A stretch of 64,000 nt of DNA from Lingula anatina (lineage: Eukaryota > Animalia > Brachiopoda), in the NCBI GenBank assembly GCA_051362555.1, contig CM120641.1, positions 3,224,001 to 3,288,000 on the forward strand, given 5' to 3'. This document shows positions 39,933 through 53,100 of the stretch, piece after piece. The notes below the pieces were generated by a model. It had not been told where the DNA came from. It did no database searches and saw nothing but the letters and a program-made list of their open reading frames with translations. Each line of letters begins with the position of its first letter. Position 1 is the stretch's first letter. Position numbers and translations under genes: made by a program.

Positions 39933-42765
39933 AAACAAGGCAGCAAAGCTGTCAAATGTACAGACAAAAAACAGGAAATAACTATGCACAAAATAGGCTA
40001 CTGTCAATTCTGATGCAAAAATACATTATGTTAAACTGCAAATTCAACATCAAATTTTAATTATCCTCAACAGGTAATACCAATGTAATTAAAATATGTG
40101 ACAAGTTTACACTTTGAAAATGTATAACTTCCAGAAAAAGAAGTTCCTTAGACTGCTTTTCCAACTCAGACTGCATTTTAGTCCTGTATTTCTTTTTTGA
40201 AAGTTTGGCAATCATAAGTAACATGGTTTTCCCATAATGGTCATCATGGCAGCAGCACCCAAAATTGTGTTTTCTTCTATTCTGATGCAATATTACATAA
40301 TGGTTAACAGCATAATAACTCAATTTTAATAATAAAATATACGTAGCATGGATTTTCAGAAAATGTGACTAGCATGGGTCTTCAAGACCGTGGAACTTCA
40401 AAGTCACACCTTGAAAATGCCAATATGTGAAAAATTAAATTTTCACAAAATAACTGTTTAACTGGCAGCAAGAATTACCAAACAGACTGTATTTCCTACT
40501 GAAGCTGTATTTTAGTCCCATGTTTCTTTCCTGTAAGTTTGAGAACAGTAAATGACATGGTTTTTCTTAAATGGTCATCATGGGAGCAGTGCCCAAAATA
40601 GTTTTTTTTTTTTCAAATTTTGATGCAATATTACATAATGTTTAACAGCATAATGACCATCAACTTTAATAATAAAATATTAGTATTATGGATATTCAGA
40701 AAATGTGACTAGCAAAGGTCTTCAGGCCCATGGAACTTCAAAGTCACAACTTGAAAATGCCAAAATGTAAACGAGACAGCACTGTTCTGAAATGTTTTTT
40801 TTTTTTTCCATTTTTAACAATTTTTAACATAAAACAAAATTATCAGTTTTCTGCCGTTTTTATATGATAAACTAAGAAAATTGATGAGATGGGAAAAATA
40901 TCAACAGAGCAGTGTTAAATGTCCAATCTCTTCCATTCTGAGATTCTGAACATAGTGAATGATTGAATCTGACAAACTGCAATAATATGAGTTTATTTCC
41001 ATTTTTGAAACTTTATTACACAATACACGATAACAAGTTTACCATCATTTTTACATAATCAGCTAATAATGTTGTAAAATTGCAGGAAATGCCAAACAAA
41101 CACTTTTACGTATCTTATTAGTTCAATAATGAAACTGTTTACATGCCTAAGAATTAAATCTGAGGAAATGTGAAAAAACTGCATTTCTTTAAAATAATGG
41201 CCCGATTATGCTGATTTTTGAACTCAACCTGCGTTTTAGCAGGAATGACCACTCCTGTGAGTTTAATGACAATTGGCCTATCTGTTTTTCTTATATTGTG
41301 TTTACAGTGTTGCATATATGCTGAAAAGTGAAAAAAAAAGCATAACTACTAAAATAGTGGCCCGATCATGCCGATTTTCGAACTTGACCTGCATTTTATG
41401 AATATTCATCAGCTCTGTAAATATACAGCCAAAAAGTAAAACTGCCTTCCACTTATCGTGTTTACAATGAAAGTGCATGGCGCCGGCGACAGCGACAGTG
41501 ACGGCAACGACAGACGCAGGTGATGGCAATATGTACAGACACATCTGTACATATTAACTGTACTGTTTGAGAACAGTAAGTGACATGGTTTTTCTTAAAT
41601 GGTCATCATGGGAGCAGTGCCCAAAATAGGTTTTTTTCAAATTTTGATGCAATATTACATAATGTTTAACAGTATAATGATCATCAATTTTTAATAATAA
41701 AATATTAGTATCATGGACAAATAGTAAACGTGACTAACAAAGGTTTTTAGGCTGATGGAACTTCAAAGTCACACCTTCAAAATGCCAAAATGTAAACAAG
41801 ACTGCACTGTTCTGAAATGGGTTTATTTCCATTTTTAACACTTTTTTAACATAAAACAAAATTAATAGGTTACTGCCATTTTTATAAGATCAACTAAGAA
41901 AATTGATGACATGTGAAAAATATCAATAGAACAGTGTTAAATGTCCAATTTCTTCCATTCTGAGATTCTGAACATAGTGAATGATTGAATCTGACAAACT
42001 GCAATGATATGAGTTTATTTCCATTTTTGACACTTTATTACACAATACACGATAACAAGTTTACCATCATTTTTACATAATCAACTAACAATGTTGTAAA
42101 GATGCAGGAAATGTCAAACAAACACTTTTACGTATCTTATTACTTAAATAATAAGGCTATTAACATGCCTAAGAATTAAATCTGAGGAAATCTGAGGAAA
42201 TATGAAAAAAACAGCATAACTTCTAAAATAATGCCCCGATTATGCTGATTTTCGAACTCAACCTACGTTCTAGTAAGACTGACCATTCCTGTGAGTTTAA
42301 TGACAATTGGGCTTACTGTTTTTCTTATATTGTGTTTACAGTGTTGCATATATGCTGAACAATGAAAAAACCGCATAACTACTAAAATAGTGGCCCGATC
42401 ATGCTGATTTTCGAACTTGACCTGCGTTTTAGTAAGATTGATTATTCCTGTGAGTGTCATGACAACAGGCCTAACGGTTTTCCTTAAAATGTGTTTACAA
42501 GGTTGCATATATGCTGAAAAGTGAAAAAACAGCATAACTTCTACAATAATGGCCCGATCATGCTGATTTTCGAACTTGACCTGCATTTTATAAATATTCA
42601 TCAGCTCTGTAAATATAAAGCCAAAAAGTAAAACTGCCTTCCACTTATCGTGTTTACAAGGAAAGTGCACGGCGACGGCATCGGCATCGGCATCGCCATC
42701 GGCGACGGCGACGACAGACGCAGGTGATGGCAATATGTACAGACACATCTGTGTCTGTACATAAA
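39933..42765 (+). mobile_element. Second HINE-like element with internal repeats and a duplicated 3' kilobase
   Basis: Starts AACAAG with subterminal ATGTACAGACA near 39956-39966. It ends in palindrome TATGTACAGACACA-TC-TGTGTCTGTACATA (42734-42763) after a GACGGC/CATCGG microsatellite. Internal units of ~334 bp and ~159 bp; ~40540-41553 is repeated at ~41565-42763. Confidence 0.75.
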
Positions 42766-42836
42766 AATAATTTAATAAAAATCATTTATGACAATAACTT
42801 CATACTTCCTTCCTTCTTCAGGCTATACCTCAGACA

Positions 42837-42840
<4 letters not shown>

Positions 42841-42871
<31 letters not shown>
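42841..42871. repeat. (AC)n microsatellite
   Basis: Directly visible. Confidence 0.9.
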
Positions 42872-42872
<1 letters not shown>

Positions 42873-45800
42873 GCATGCACACTGTATGTTATAATCCATG
42901 GCAAATCCTGTTTTCACCAACGGGAGGTGTAGTAATACAATTACTGTATCTATTATCAATTTATTAAGTCTCTCTACTTTATATCTTTATATACCAGGAA
43001 GCCAATGAAGGGGCATGTATTGATTATTGTCATCAACTGCACACTCAATGGAATGGGAGTTCAAAATTTTGTGAACAGCCAGTTTTTGTTTTTTTTCTGC
43101 AAAATAATATAAATATTGTATTAAAATTTTCATAACAAAAAAACTCTATTATTCAACAGCAAACAATACATTCCCCCTAAAATCAGAATGTTTAACTTTT
43201 AAAATGAGAAATATAAAAAAGTTGTGAAATAAAGTATGTAAATATTTTACAGACCATAGTCTCTTTATTTTAGCCATCACTGTTATTCCTCTTCATCAAA
43301 CCCTTTCCCTTCTGCATACTTTCAGCCACTTTAAATAATAACAATTTATCCCTCAGAAGTTAAGATATGGGACAAAATCCTCATCTTCTTTTTTCTATGA
43401 GATACAGAGTAGTAATGATAAAAAAAATCGAAGTACATAAAGATGTGTTTTTGGAATGATAAAAAGCTTTTGAATACCCAGTAGCAAAAAAAATAAGCTG
43501 GAAACAGATCGACAACCACACTGGGGCAAAATAAATCTAAATAAATTTGGTTTGGCCTCTGGAGAGCACAAATAACATAATTGCATGAGACAAAGCCATT
43601 GCCCCTCATGTTCCTGCACACATGATGGCAGAGTTCTTCAGTCAAGTGTCACAGCACAAAATGCATCAGCTGTGTCATCTTAAATGTACAAGCACAACCT
43701 TCATGTTACAGAAGGCAAATATCAAGGCCAAATCAAAGTGAATTTTGCAATTAATTAACATCAAATGAATTAAACATTTTTAATGAGATTCCATACATGA
43801 CGCTTAATGGACAGAGATAGAGGGATGTCTTTATTATGATTACACAAAATACGCAAATGGTGTTTTGAAATTTCTGGTAAATATGACTGTATATTAACCT
43901 GAAATTGCAATTTTAATTTTAATTTAAAAATACAATTAATGCCCTTTTTGAAGACGAAATTGTCCACCCTTGTCTTTGGGTTTAAAAGTACAATATGGAA
44001 ATACCTGTGATCACTCTAACCACATCTAAAGTAACCTAAAATTGCAACAAATCACAAATGGCAAATTCATATACCACAAAACCACACAAGAAAGAAACAA
44101 CACCCACTGCTTCACTCGGCCCACTAGAGCTTCGGGAGGCGGACAAATATAATGAAATTAAAGGCCTACAGATTTCCGAGTTTTTGTCCCTTCAGTGTAC
44201 AATATGGGATTAAATTGAAATGAAATTGAATATATAATATCCCTTCATCCAATACACATGCTCTCTTCAGCCATTAGTTTATCTAAGCCAACTTGTGCAG
44301 TAAAGCACAGCAGTATCAATGTAACACAGTCAATCAATGGAAAGGCAGATGACACCATTTATCAAGGAGAACCCAGGAGAAACATTGAAAAGAGATTCAA
44401 AATCCATAATAGCTAGCTGGACTTGCATCTCTGTGTTTCTATCTTCTGCAGATTAAGTAATGTCTCCTCATGGTCATCAGAATTCAATAAAACAACAACA
44501 ATGCACCCAGTAGGTACCAACCTTTTAATCTTCTTTATTATATATTTTTCTTAATTTCTATCTGTTTATTCATCTATCCATACAGGCTATTATTATTATT
44601 ATTATTATCCATTTATCTTATTTATTACTTTTATACATATAAATATATATATATATTTATAGAACCCTCATTTTTTACTTGTCTTGTGTTAAATTATCTT
44701 CAGTCTCTATCTTGGACCCATCATAATTTGCCTAAGGTTTAACAAAAAAAGAGGTTCTACTTCACATTATACTGGAATGTTGGTTATGTAATGTGATACC
44801 TATGGCAGCTGATTCTAGAAAAAGATTAAAAAACACCATTAAGAGTAGCATAGAGTAGATGTCATCAAGTCAATGTTCCATCTTCCATGAAGTATAGCAA
44901 CGTAATGGAACTAAAAATGGTCCAATACACTCTACAATGTGTCCTTTTGCAGCATTCACCTTTCTTTGAAAAAAAAATTAACAGACTACAACCGCCTGTT
45001 TCATTCAGATTTATTCAGTTTCATAATTCTACGACTTTACTTACTTGAACATGAAATTTCCATTACCTACCAATAGGTAATGGGTAAAAAAGAATAAAAA
45101 ATAAGTATGTATGTACACAACTGCTGGTTTGAATATCAAGCAAACACAGCTGACGAAACATGAAAAATATCTCCCTGTAATAAATGAATCGGATGTTAGG
45201 TTATTACTGAGAACGTCAATATCTGGATCAGGCCTCTTCATCAGCTGAAATATCAACTAGTCCCAAAAGACCAAGTCTATCAAATTTTGGTTGTTCTCAC
45301 CAAAGACATGATATAAATGAGTCCGAACTGTCTTTTTTTTTTTCTTCCTGTTATTTAGTTAGATCGGCTGGAAGAGCTGATAAGCCTTGGTGATAGATGG
45401 GTTTTCATCGAAATCCCAATATTACATACTACCCAAACATCAGGTGGTCCGTAATTAGCTAATGAAAAGGATCTTTTCGATGCACTGTCTGCTACTGTCT
45501 GTGCTGTTGTCTCGGGAATAATCAATATGGAAACCAAGCAGTGTACCTCTAAACACTCCAGTATAGATACAACTCAGGCCATTTCATGAAATGTTAAGTT
45601 GAATCAGAAATCAGGACTAGAGAAAATTATACTAACACTGATATAACCAATATGTTTCTATTATCCATTGCATTTTCTAGATCTGTAGCCTGAACAATGT
45701 AACCCATACATAGATCACATACAAGAGCAACATTTCATTATTTAATCAATGACAATGAAGTTTGCCCTTAACATATTGAGCATGAAAAAAAAACTTGCAT

Positions 45801-47759
45801 TCATTTAGAAAAAAATACATATCCCCCCCCCCCCCCAACCAATCCACTCCAAGTCATTTCACCTGGAATCATGTCCTTCATGCAAACAGTTCAATGGGAT
45901 ATTCATGTCTTTACCACAACCTAAAGCTGATAAGAACTCTAAAATCCATCATGCATGCCATTAAACAAATGCCTTTAATCTACCCTTCATGATCTTGCTC
46001 AAGAGGAAGCAGAAAGGCCCTATGCATCCGATCAATTATATACTACCCTCTATTTATATTTGTCATCCTTTATGTATATTATAAAGCCAATTATACCTGC
46101 TATTGTTTCCAGTATTGAAAGCCAGAAAATGCTGATTTCCTCTTGGAGATCATTCCAGCATGTCATCTTGATATATTCAATACCAACGTGCTTAATGCGA
46201 CACTGATCTGCTTTTTTTTCTCTTCTGCTGGTTTCATCTGAGCTAAAACTTGATTATCCCGCTGGTAACAGTGCATGCTATCAACAGCAGTTTGCTCTGA
46301 ATGCTCTCACATGGTCTAATGCAAATGCAACCTTTCTCTTGACAACTCAATACAAAGCTTTTTCCCCTTCTGGGCAATTTCCTTTAAAATGTTGGCACAG
46401 ATAAAGGATGCAGTTGGATTCTTGACACAGCGAAATAAACTGTTTTTAGCTGCATTTACAGACCAACAATCCAAACCCCTGAGTGAATATTTTTATGCGC
46501 TGCTGCCTGCATGGCAATAATTGCTCTATATTCTGTGCTAAAGTGATTTCATATTGTTTATTCAGTTATCTTAAGCACACTGTAAGGAGGATAAACTGTA
46601 TTTATCCCAACAAAACACGTTTCATATTGTTGGTATAGCACTACATTATAAAACTAACAAAATATTGATTGACACTCAAAAACTGAAATTAAACGTGACT
46701 TTCCAGAATTCAGTGAATTGCTCTAATGATGTAAAAACAAAACTGAACTTTTCAAAAACATTACAAAAGTTTTTAAATAAAGTGATCTGCAAAACCCCTT
46801 TAAGATAATCTGTCAATTTTACTGGTTTTACATGCTCACATGCTCAAATGGACATACTAGTATCTGATAAATTTTCCATGAAATCACAGGCCACTAGAAT
46901 AGAAGGGGAGGGGGAAGAAAAAGGGAAGTGGAAAATCTAAGAGATTTTCATTACCAATAGTTTCTTTTTCTTTGTCTTTCTGCTATACAGGGTATGGCTA
47001 ATGATTTTCAGAACTTATCTGCCAAAATTAATTAAATACACCTAACACTTAAGCTAAAAAGTTGCTGACATTTAGCATTTTGAATATTTTAACAGAATGG
47101 TCGTAGTCAAGACAACCATAGGGGTGAGTGTAATTAAGGCAGTTAATCTAAAATATATTATACCATAATACAATTCAGTTGAGTAAAACACTGTGGATGC
47201 CAATTAATAAACTGGCTATAAGACATTATTCTAATTTTAAAACAAATGTTCTCTCAACTTTCTTTCAAAACATTACATTTTTGAAATGGATACTACATTT
47301 ACTATCAAGTAGAAATTATTCCTCCCTTAAAATAGAATAACATCTTTCAATGAAGAAATGTTATTATTTCTGTCACATATATGATCAATGGACCTCAGTT
47401 AGAATGTACCAATTGGTTTATGCTTACAAGGCCAATATAAACCAAATATATGACGTCTGTTTGTAATGAATAATATTAATATATGGAGCAGGCCAAGACT
47501 ATATATATATATATTATACAAAATCATCAACATCTTTTTTTTTCCTTTATTGCTAAGCACAGAGACAGGAAGTGAGATGATAAGGTGAAATTTATGTGCA
47601 ATTGAACTAAGACTGCATAGATATAATCTAAATATACATATGCATGTTATGATGTATCATTTATTTTAGTGATAGTGTTAGAAAAAATTACATCCCCGCA
47701 AAAAAATCAATTCAACCCAATATCAGGGCCGTCTCTATTATTAAACCAAAACAATGACT

Positions 47760-48370
47760 ACACAGCAGAGAAATACTCATTTCACACCATTTTCACAACA
47801 ATCGAAAACTAGGTGAGAGGTGAGGTGTCGCTCTCTGGGCACCTGCTCTGATAAGCAGCGAGGCGAGAGAGGGACCGTCACGGCTCACGGTACTAGTACA
47901 GCTGTTCATTCAGCTGTGGTCGCAGCTAGATTTGTTTCAAACTAATGTGTTTTCCTTACACTAACCAATGAAGCTGCAATTGGTTGGGGATTTAAAATTA
48001 GACTAGGCATATCGGTAATCGATTAAGTAACATAAAAGTCCAATACTCACTTCCCAGCCAAGCCATTCTATCTCCACAAACAAATCCCAGGTGCACTGCG
48101 GAAACGAGACTGTTTTCCGAAAAATTAGGTCAATGCTTAGAGCTAAATAAAATGTGTTATTGTTGTTGTTTTTAAAATAAATACTGTGATAGCGATATTT
48201 TATCATATGGCAATATATAGTTATTCCCACAATTATTTTTATGCCTTTAGCATATTCTTTACTTTCTTTTTTATGAAGACATAAGTTGCCCTACGATCCC
48301 ATACAGCAATGTCTATTGCAACTTCCGGTAGTTTCTTCATCATTGGCGCTAACCGCACGTAACATTATAC
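47760..48370. promoter_or_regulatory. Candidate divergent promoter region between SYT14 (minus) and OPA3 (plus)
   Basis: Local CpG enrichment at 47810-47930, opposed CCAAT/ATTGG boxes near 47964-47983 and an ETS motif ACTTCCGG at 48321-48328, 50 nt before the OPA3 ATG. Confidence 0.45.
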
Positions 48371-49371
48371 ATGGCAGTCTTCCCTCTTATAAAATTGGTG
48401 ACATTGAGTATCAGACAGCTAAGTAAACCTATTGCCAACCAAATCAAAATTAGAGCCAAGAACCACGAAAAGTTTAGAGGACTGCTGAAATGGGGAGCTC
48501 AAAGTAAGTCTCACCTTCCACAAATAGTGACATACTCAGTGAAATAGTAGAATGTAAAATGTATGCAGTAACTCAGTCGTTGACATTGTCCATTGCCATT
48601 TTAACTGTAAATGCAGGATATACTTGTTTTGCTCACTGTCATGTCCATTATTTAACGTTTAGTATTAGTTGAATTTTAGCATCAACATTACTGATAGTAT
48701 ATCAAGACTCGAGTTACTGTACATGCAGTACTTGGTTTGAAAAACTAATTTAAGATCTTGGAAGGAGAACAGACCAACTTACAACCAATTGGTCCTTTAC
48801 TTAAACTTTCAAAGGTATCTACAATTTGCCGGGGATCAATATGCTATTTGTTATGCTGTATCATTTATATATTTGAACAGAATACCACCGCATTGAAACT
48901 ACCTCCAAGTTGAAGTTAATGGGAATCAAAAGCACCAAAGAAGTGAAACCGTTGAATGAAGAAATGGCCGTAGAACTTGGGGCAGACATGCTGGGGGAAA
49001 TATTTATATGGAGTGTAGCTGTAGCTATGATTGGTCTGGAGAGTTACAGACAGAGCAGCAAGAGCACGGCCAGTAGGGAAGCTGTGAGAGAAGACTTGGA
49101 AGATCAAATACAGGCACTGGAGTTTAAACTTGAAGAACAGGATACTAAAATAAGGGAACTGATGAGACTTTCTCATCATCTTGAAACCGAGTTAACCACT
49201 ATGAATAAAACATTGACAGATGTTGAAAGAAATACCAGAGCAGCCAGTAAAACTGCAAAAGTGAAAACTGCTAAGAAACCTAAAAAGGTCACTTCAAGTT
49301 CTCTTGCAAGGCAAAGTTCAGTATCACATGCTGTTGATGGTGCTTTAAATTCACTATTTGGAAAGTCTTAG
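48371..49371 (+). CDS. OPA3: Optic atrophy 3 protein homolog, 207 aa, two coding exons
   Basis: Exon 1 48371-48503 (MAVFPLIKLVTLSIRQLSKPIANQIKIRAKNHEKFR..., donor gtaagt) and exon 2 48881-49371 (KPLNEEMAVELGADMLGEIFIW followed by coiled coil). These are OPA3 family motifs joined by a phase-1 intron. Confidence 0.95.
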
Positions 49372-50117
49372 CAGACAGTGAAAATAATATTGAATTTTGA
49401 ATTATCAAGCATGGAAACCTTGTATTTATTATATAGGCCCAGTGTTTAGGGTAAAATTGGCTGTACCACACGTTCACTTCCTGTATTCTTCCCTACAAAT
49501 GCACCTATAATCACACATGGAGCAGCAAACAAAGAAACTAAATTTGAAAGTTTGGACTAGTTACTTTTATTATATTAGTACCTATTTAATTTTCAATAAA
49601 AGGTTAAAATGCTATTATTATTAAAACAAATATAAAAAAATTAAAATTTTATACATTTTTACAAATTCTTTATCTGTTGACTACGATGCAAATCAGATTT
49701 TGTTGCATTAAAAAAATTTTAATTACAATATAATTTACAATGATTTTACAAAAACCAAAAAATTCTTAATGCCACCACATAATTCCCTGAACTTTATATA
49801 AGAAAAATGAGGAGTTGAAAATTAAATCGAGAAACTTTCACTACCAAATACTTACAATTTTTACAAATATTCACAATTTCTTTGTATCATAAAATCTAAT
49901 AAGAGCTGCCTTCAAACAGATTTATATGTTTACATTCTTTTTTCAATCAATTTAAAACTAGACATTCACTTCATGCAGTGTTGAATGACTTTTTTTTTTA
50001 AATTTTATGGTGTTCCTATCTGAGTCTAGAAAAACATATAGCATACATGCTTTTGGTAAATAATCAGATGCTTCTCTTGATGCAATATTATCGAGTGGAG
50101 TCCAAAGTCGGGAAATA

Positions 50118-53100
50118 TCATGAGGGAATATTAGATCTCATAAGTTGTTGGAGTCTGTTTAATCTGGCATCTATTTCTGACATTTCAGCAGATCGATCAA
50201 AGTAGTCACTATCTGCACCTGAAATAAATAGTGAAAAAAAAGAACCCTTAAATGTCATTGTATGCAACATTAGAATTAAGCAGTGTACCAAGCAGGCCTC
50301 TTTTTAACTGTTTCAAATTGTTTGAATGTCATCCCTAGAACTGCATGTAAATGGAGAGTGAACATGTTGGATTTGAAATCTACACCGCTGAGGTTACATG
50401 ACATTACAAAGCAAGGAGCATCTTGATGTGCTACATTGTAACGTAAATGTTGTCTTAGTGCCAAATTTTTAGCATACATCAACTGTCCTTTGTGTTTTCA
50501 TTGTGTTTTGTAATAAAAATCAAAAATTTCACAAAAGATTTATGTTTCATGAAAGTATGCTGAATAATAAAAAACTACCTACCCTCCACAGCATAATTTT
50601 CTTTGCCTCTGCCGACTCTTTTCCTGTGTGCTGTTCCTACAGAATCTGGGGTACTGGCCAATGTGACAGCCAGTTAAGGAAATAACATGCCATTTTTAAT
50701 TGGAAATTAAGTATCCTTTAATGAGCTGGGGTAGCACTAACTCTCGCCAATTTAGCCAAAGGCTAAAACAGACCTCCATTGACTAAACAAAATGGGGTTG
50801 ATTTGATTTTAGTCAAATTTGAACCATTTTGCGAAAAGTAATGAAAAAGTAGTGATTTGGCTAAGTGAAAAACAAATTGCTAGCACTACCCCAGATTAAG
50901 GTTACTGTTCTATTGTCTAGCCAACATGGAAAATAAGAAAAGTGAAATTGAACAAATCTGATATCGTCAAAGGATATAATCTTGACTTGCTTGTGGCCGT
51001 CTTCCCTTGGTAGCGCTGAAATTAGACAGAATTAACAGATATATCAGATTAACAGAAAAACATATACAGGAAGTTTACATCTTGGTTTTGCCCCTTTTAA
51101 AAAATTACTATCAAGGGCCATTTATTCAGGAACCGGATATCATGAAAGAAGCACGTTTTATACTTACAACATTAGGACTATCCCACGCAGTTGAAGAAGA
51201 TGTTCTATTAGGCTTCAGAACTCTATTCAGATTTCTAAAAATAATAAAAAATTACATTAAACGGATCAACCAAATTATGGACAGTAATGAATTGTAAATA
51301 TGTCTTCAAATCAATTTCATTGTTTAGTTTGTTCTTTCAAACAATTCAATTAAGTCTTATTAAATTGTTACATAATTGGCCTAACATGGGAATCATAATT
51401 AACAAATCTTGATGGAATCTATGAGACATTTTATCCAAAATTTTACAGCTTACATATTAAATGTATTTAAATTTAAATTTACCTTAACCTTGAACCAGAT
51501 GTGTTAGGCAACTCTTCTACATCACTAATTGAACCCCTAGAGCCCCTAGATCCTACACTGCCAACTGAAATTAATTTTAGATTTATATTTGTTTTATCAA
51601 AAGTACATTATTTTTCAATCGTTAAGCTTCAAAAGGCATTTGAAGTAAATGGTCAAGAAAAACATTGTAAATCTTATGTTACTAGTAGATTTTAAGTTAA
51701 TAAATTATATGACTTAAATTACAAAAATAGTCTCATCAAATTCTTTTCACATTAAAATGGTTGTAAAAAAGTTTTTATATCATTTATACCTGATGATGTC
51801 CTTGACCTTGTTCTTTGTCTCCCTGGTAACGTAAATACAAAGCATATGAATCTCATTAATATCAGCAGTATCATTTTTACTGGTAATTTTTTTTTCTCTA
51901 CTACAAAAAATCTAAAAATCTAATGAATAAAAAAAACGAGAGAATATTAATGAAATAAATGAAAAGGCACATTTTTAGATAAACTAAAATATAATATCAA
52001 TTTTTTACCGGCTGGTCCCAGCTTCCTCCTTTCTGAAGTGGTTAAAGAATAACTGGGTGAAGGTCTGGGTTCTCTCTTCTCACTGCTACTGGGTGCATAG
52101 CCTGGAGTCCGCCTTTTCTCAGTGCTTCCAGATAAACTTGAACGCACATACCTTTTTCTAAAAAATTGAATATCTTGAATCAAAAACCTTTTCCTTTGTG
52201 AGAAATATTATCTGAACATGATAGATATGTTAGGAATGCTGATTATATATTGTAACAAGAAGGTATTGCACTTTATTGAACGTTTCCCATAAATGTCATT
52301 CTCAAAAACAAATGTAAATATTATTTGACTATGTTGATCTTTCTTCTTATTTACACTTACTTCTTCAACTCTGATTCTTTTTTCTTTCTTTCTTTTTCTT
52401 TTATGAAAGCAGTGGGATCAAATCGTGGTTTTCGTGTCCCTAAAACAAAAATTTCAAAAATCACAAAACTCTTTCCACCAGAGTACATTGTCAAGCAATG
52501 CGATGTCTTGTCATATATAACTTAATCACTAAAAATAGGATACTTATAGATAACTAATCTGAAAGGTGTACTTTAATATTACTATATACTGCAAAAAAAA
52601 ATCAAGGAGGGTTTTCTTCATTTAATAAACCTTACAATAATGTATAAAGTAGAATAAATGGTTAATTAGCAGCAGACAAAGTAACACGACTAATTTTGTG
52701 ATCTGCAACTTGACCGATTCCCAGCATATTTCTCTTCAATGATCCACCATGAGATTTGCACATTTTCTCTTGTATTGCAACTGACATACCAAGTAAGGAA
52801 ATATCTATATGACATCCAGGGTTTTGGGTACAGGGTGTCCAAAATGTGAATCTGTTATTTGTCCACTGATTCAACAGCAAGTCAAACCCAAGCAAGCCCA
52901 ACCAAAATTTTGCAAGCTGTCCAGACGTCTTTGGAAAAATAGACTGTCTTTTGAGGTCACTGGTCATCCAAATGATGGCTGAACAACTCTTTGGGGAAAG
53001 CCTAGGTGACACAATTTATAATTTCTTGATCTAACTGACCTGCAGCTGATGGTGGTGTCACAGTTCTTCCTAGGGATGGCCTCCTGCTTTCCTGAGATGA

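Noticed and set aside
42263-42748. 161-aa ORF and its 80-aa twin at 41302-41544
   Set aside because: Both lie antisense within the HINE repeat; the repeated peptide simply mirrors the ~159-bp DNA units.
51007-51297. 96-aa plus-strand ORF
   Set aside because: Antisense to CCDC61 exons and introns, TTG start, no recognisable motif.
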